64,000 bases of DNA, taken from assembly GCA_016927325.1 (NCBI GenBank), contig JAFGMY010000156.1, forward strand, positions 36,415 through 100,414. Reading direction: 5' to 3'. Below, one piece after another: positions 63,837-64,000 of the stretch. The number at the start of each line of letters is the position of its first letter. The stretch's first letter is position 1. The notes under the pieces are model-generated. The model made no database searches. It was not told the DNA's origin and worked only from the letters and a program-made list of their open reading frames with translations. A program made the position numbers and the translations under genes. This DNA is from Actinomycetota bacterium. GTDB lineage: Bacteria > Actinomycetota > Geothermincolia > Fen-727 > Anoxymicrobiaceae.

Positions 63837-64000
63837 AGAACCACCAGTGTTTTCCGGCACAAAATAATCGGCCTTTGATCCTGACAGCACCCTGGCGAGG
63901 TGTTTATTGTTAAGAAAGAAAAATAATCAGTACCGGCACCTGAAGAATGCCCTGGCGGCGTTCATTATCGTTATCATTATCGGCACGTCAGGATACATGA

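Noticed and set aside
1-64000. Scan for CRISPR arrays, IS elements, integrases and phage genes
   Set aside because: No direct-repeat/spacer periodicity, transposase, recombinase or phage structural genes were found. The only accessory-looking segment (6.9-11.7 kb) lacks mobility genes.

Overview
This 64 kb window reads as a chromosomal segment from an anaerobic Terrabacteria-type bacterium, about 50% GC, with 1-8 bp overlaps and junctions between co-directional housekeeping genes. Roughly 60 protein genes and one tRNA-Asn are present; there are no transposases, integrases or CRISPR arrays. The backbone from 22.7 to 56.8 kb follows the Bacillus yqe/yqf/ylm gene order, but the sporulation genes are absent and grpE-dnaK are missing from the hrcA locus. 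The left end carries an O2/ROS-detoxification cluster (superoxide reductase C-terminus, ferritin, flavodiiron protein, flavin-reductase-rubredoxin fusion) and an accessory-looking stretch with an XRE-cupin regulator, an orphan histidine kinase and a DUF3068-like protein. The most unusual locus lies at 11.7-17.3 kb. A GAF-ANTAR regulator is followed by a leader with a terminator and a candidate ANTAR hexaloop hairpin. That leader controls a three-gene operon: a fused NuoE-NuoF subunit with a C-terminal 2x[4Fe-4S] domain, a truncated NuoG-like FeS carrier, and a stand-alone GltB-type FMN oxidoreductase. Together these predict an uncharacterised NADH-linked (possibly Bfu-type bifurcating) oxidoreductase under RNA antitermination control. 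Other second-look items are a stand-alone GHKL ATPase with MutL/MORC-type motifs, a kinase-like orphan beside a surface prenyltransferase-repeat protein, a terminator-bearing mgtE leader, a PRC-barrel-extended MgtE paired with an NRAMP-like transporter carrying substituted metal-site motifs, and three genes (recX, rny, lepA) whose best start sites are non-canonical.
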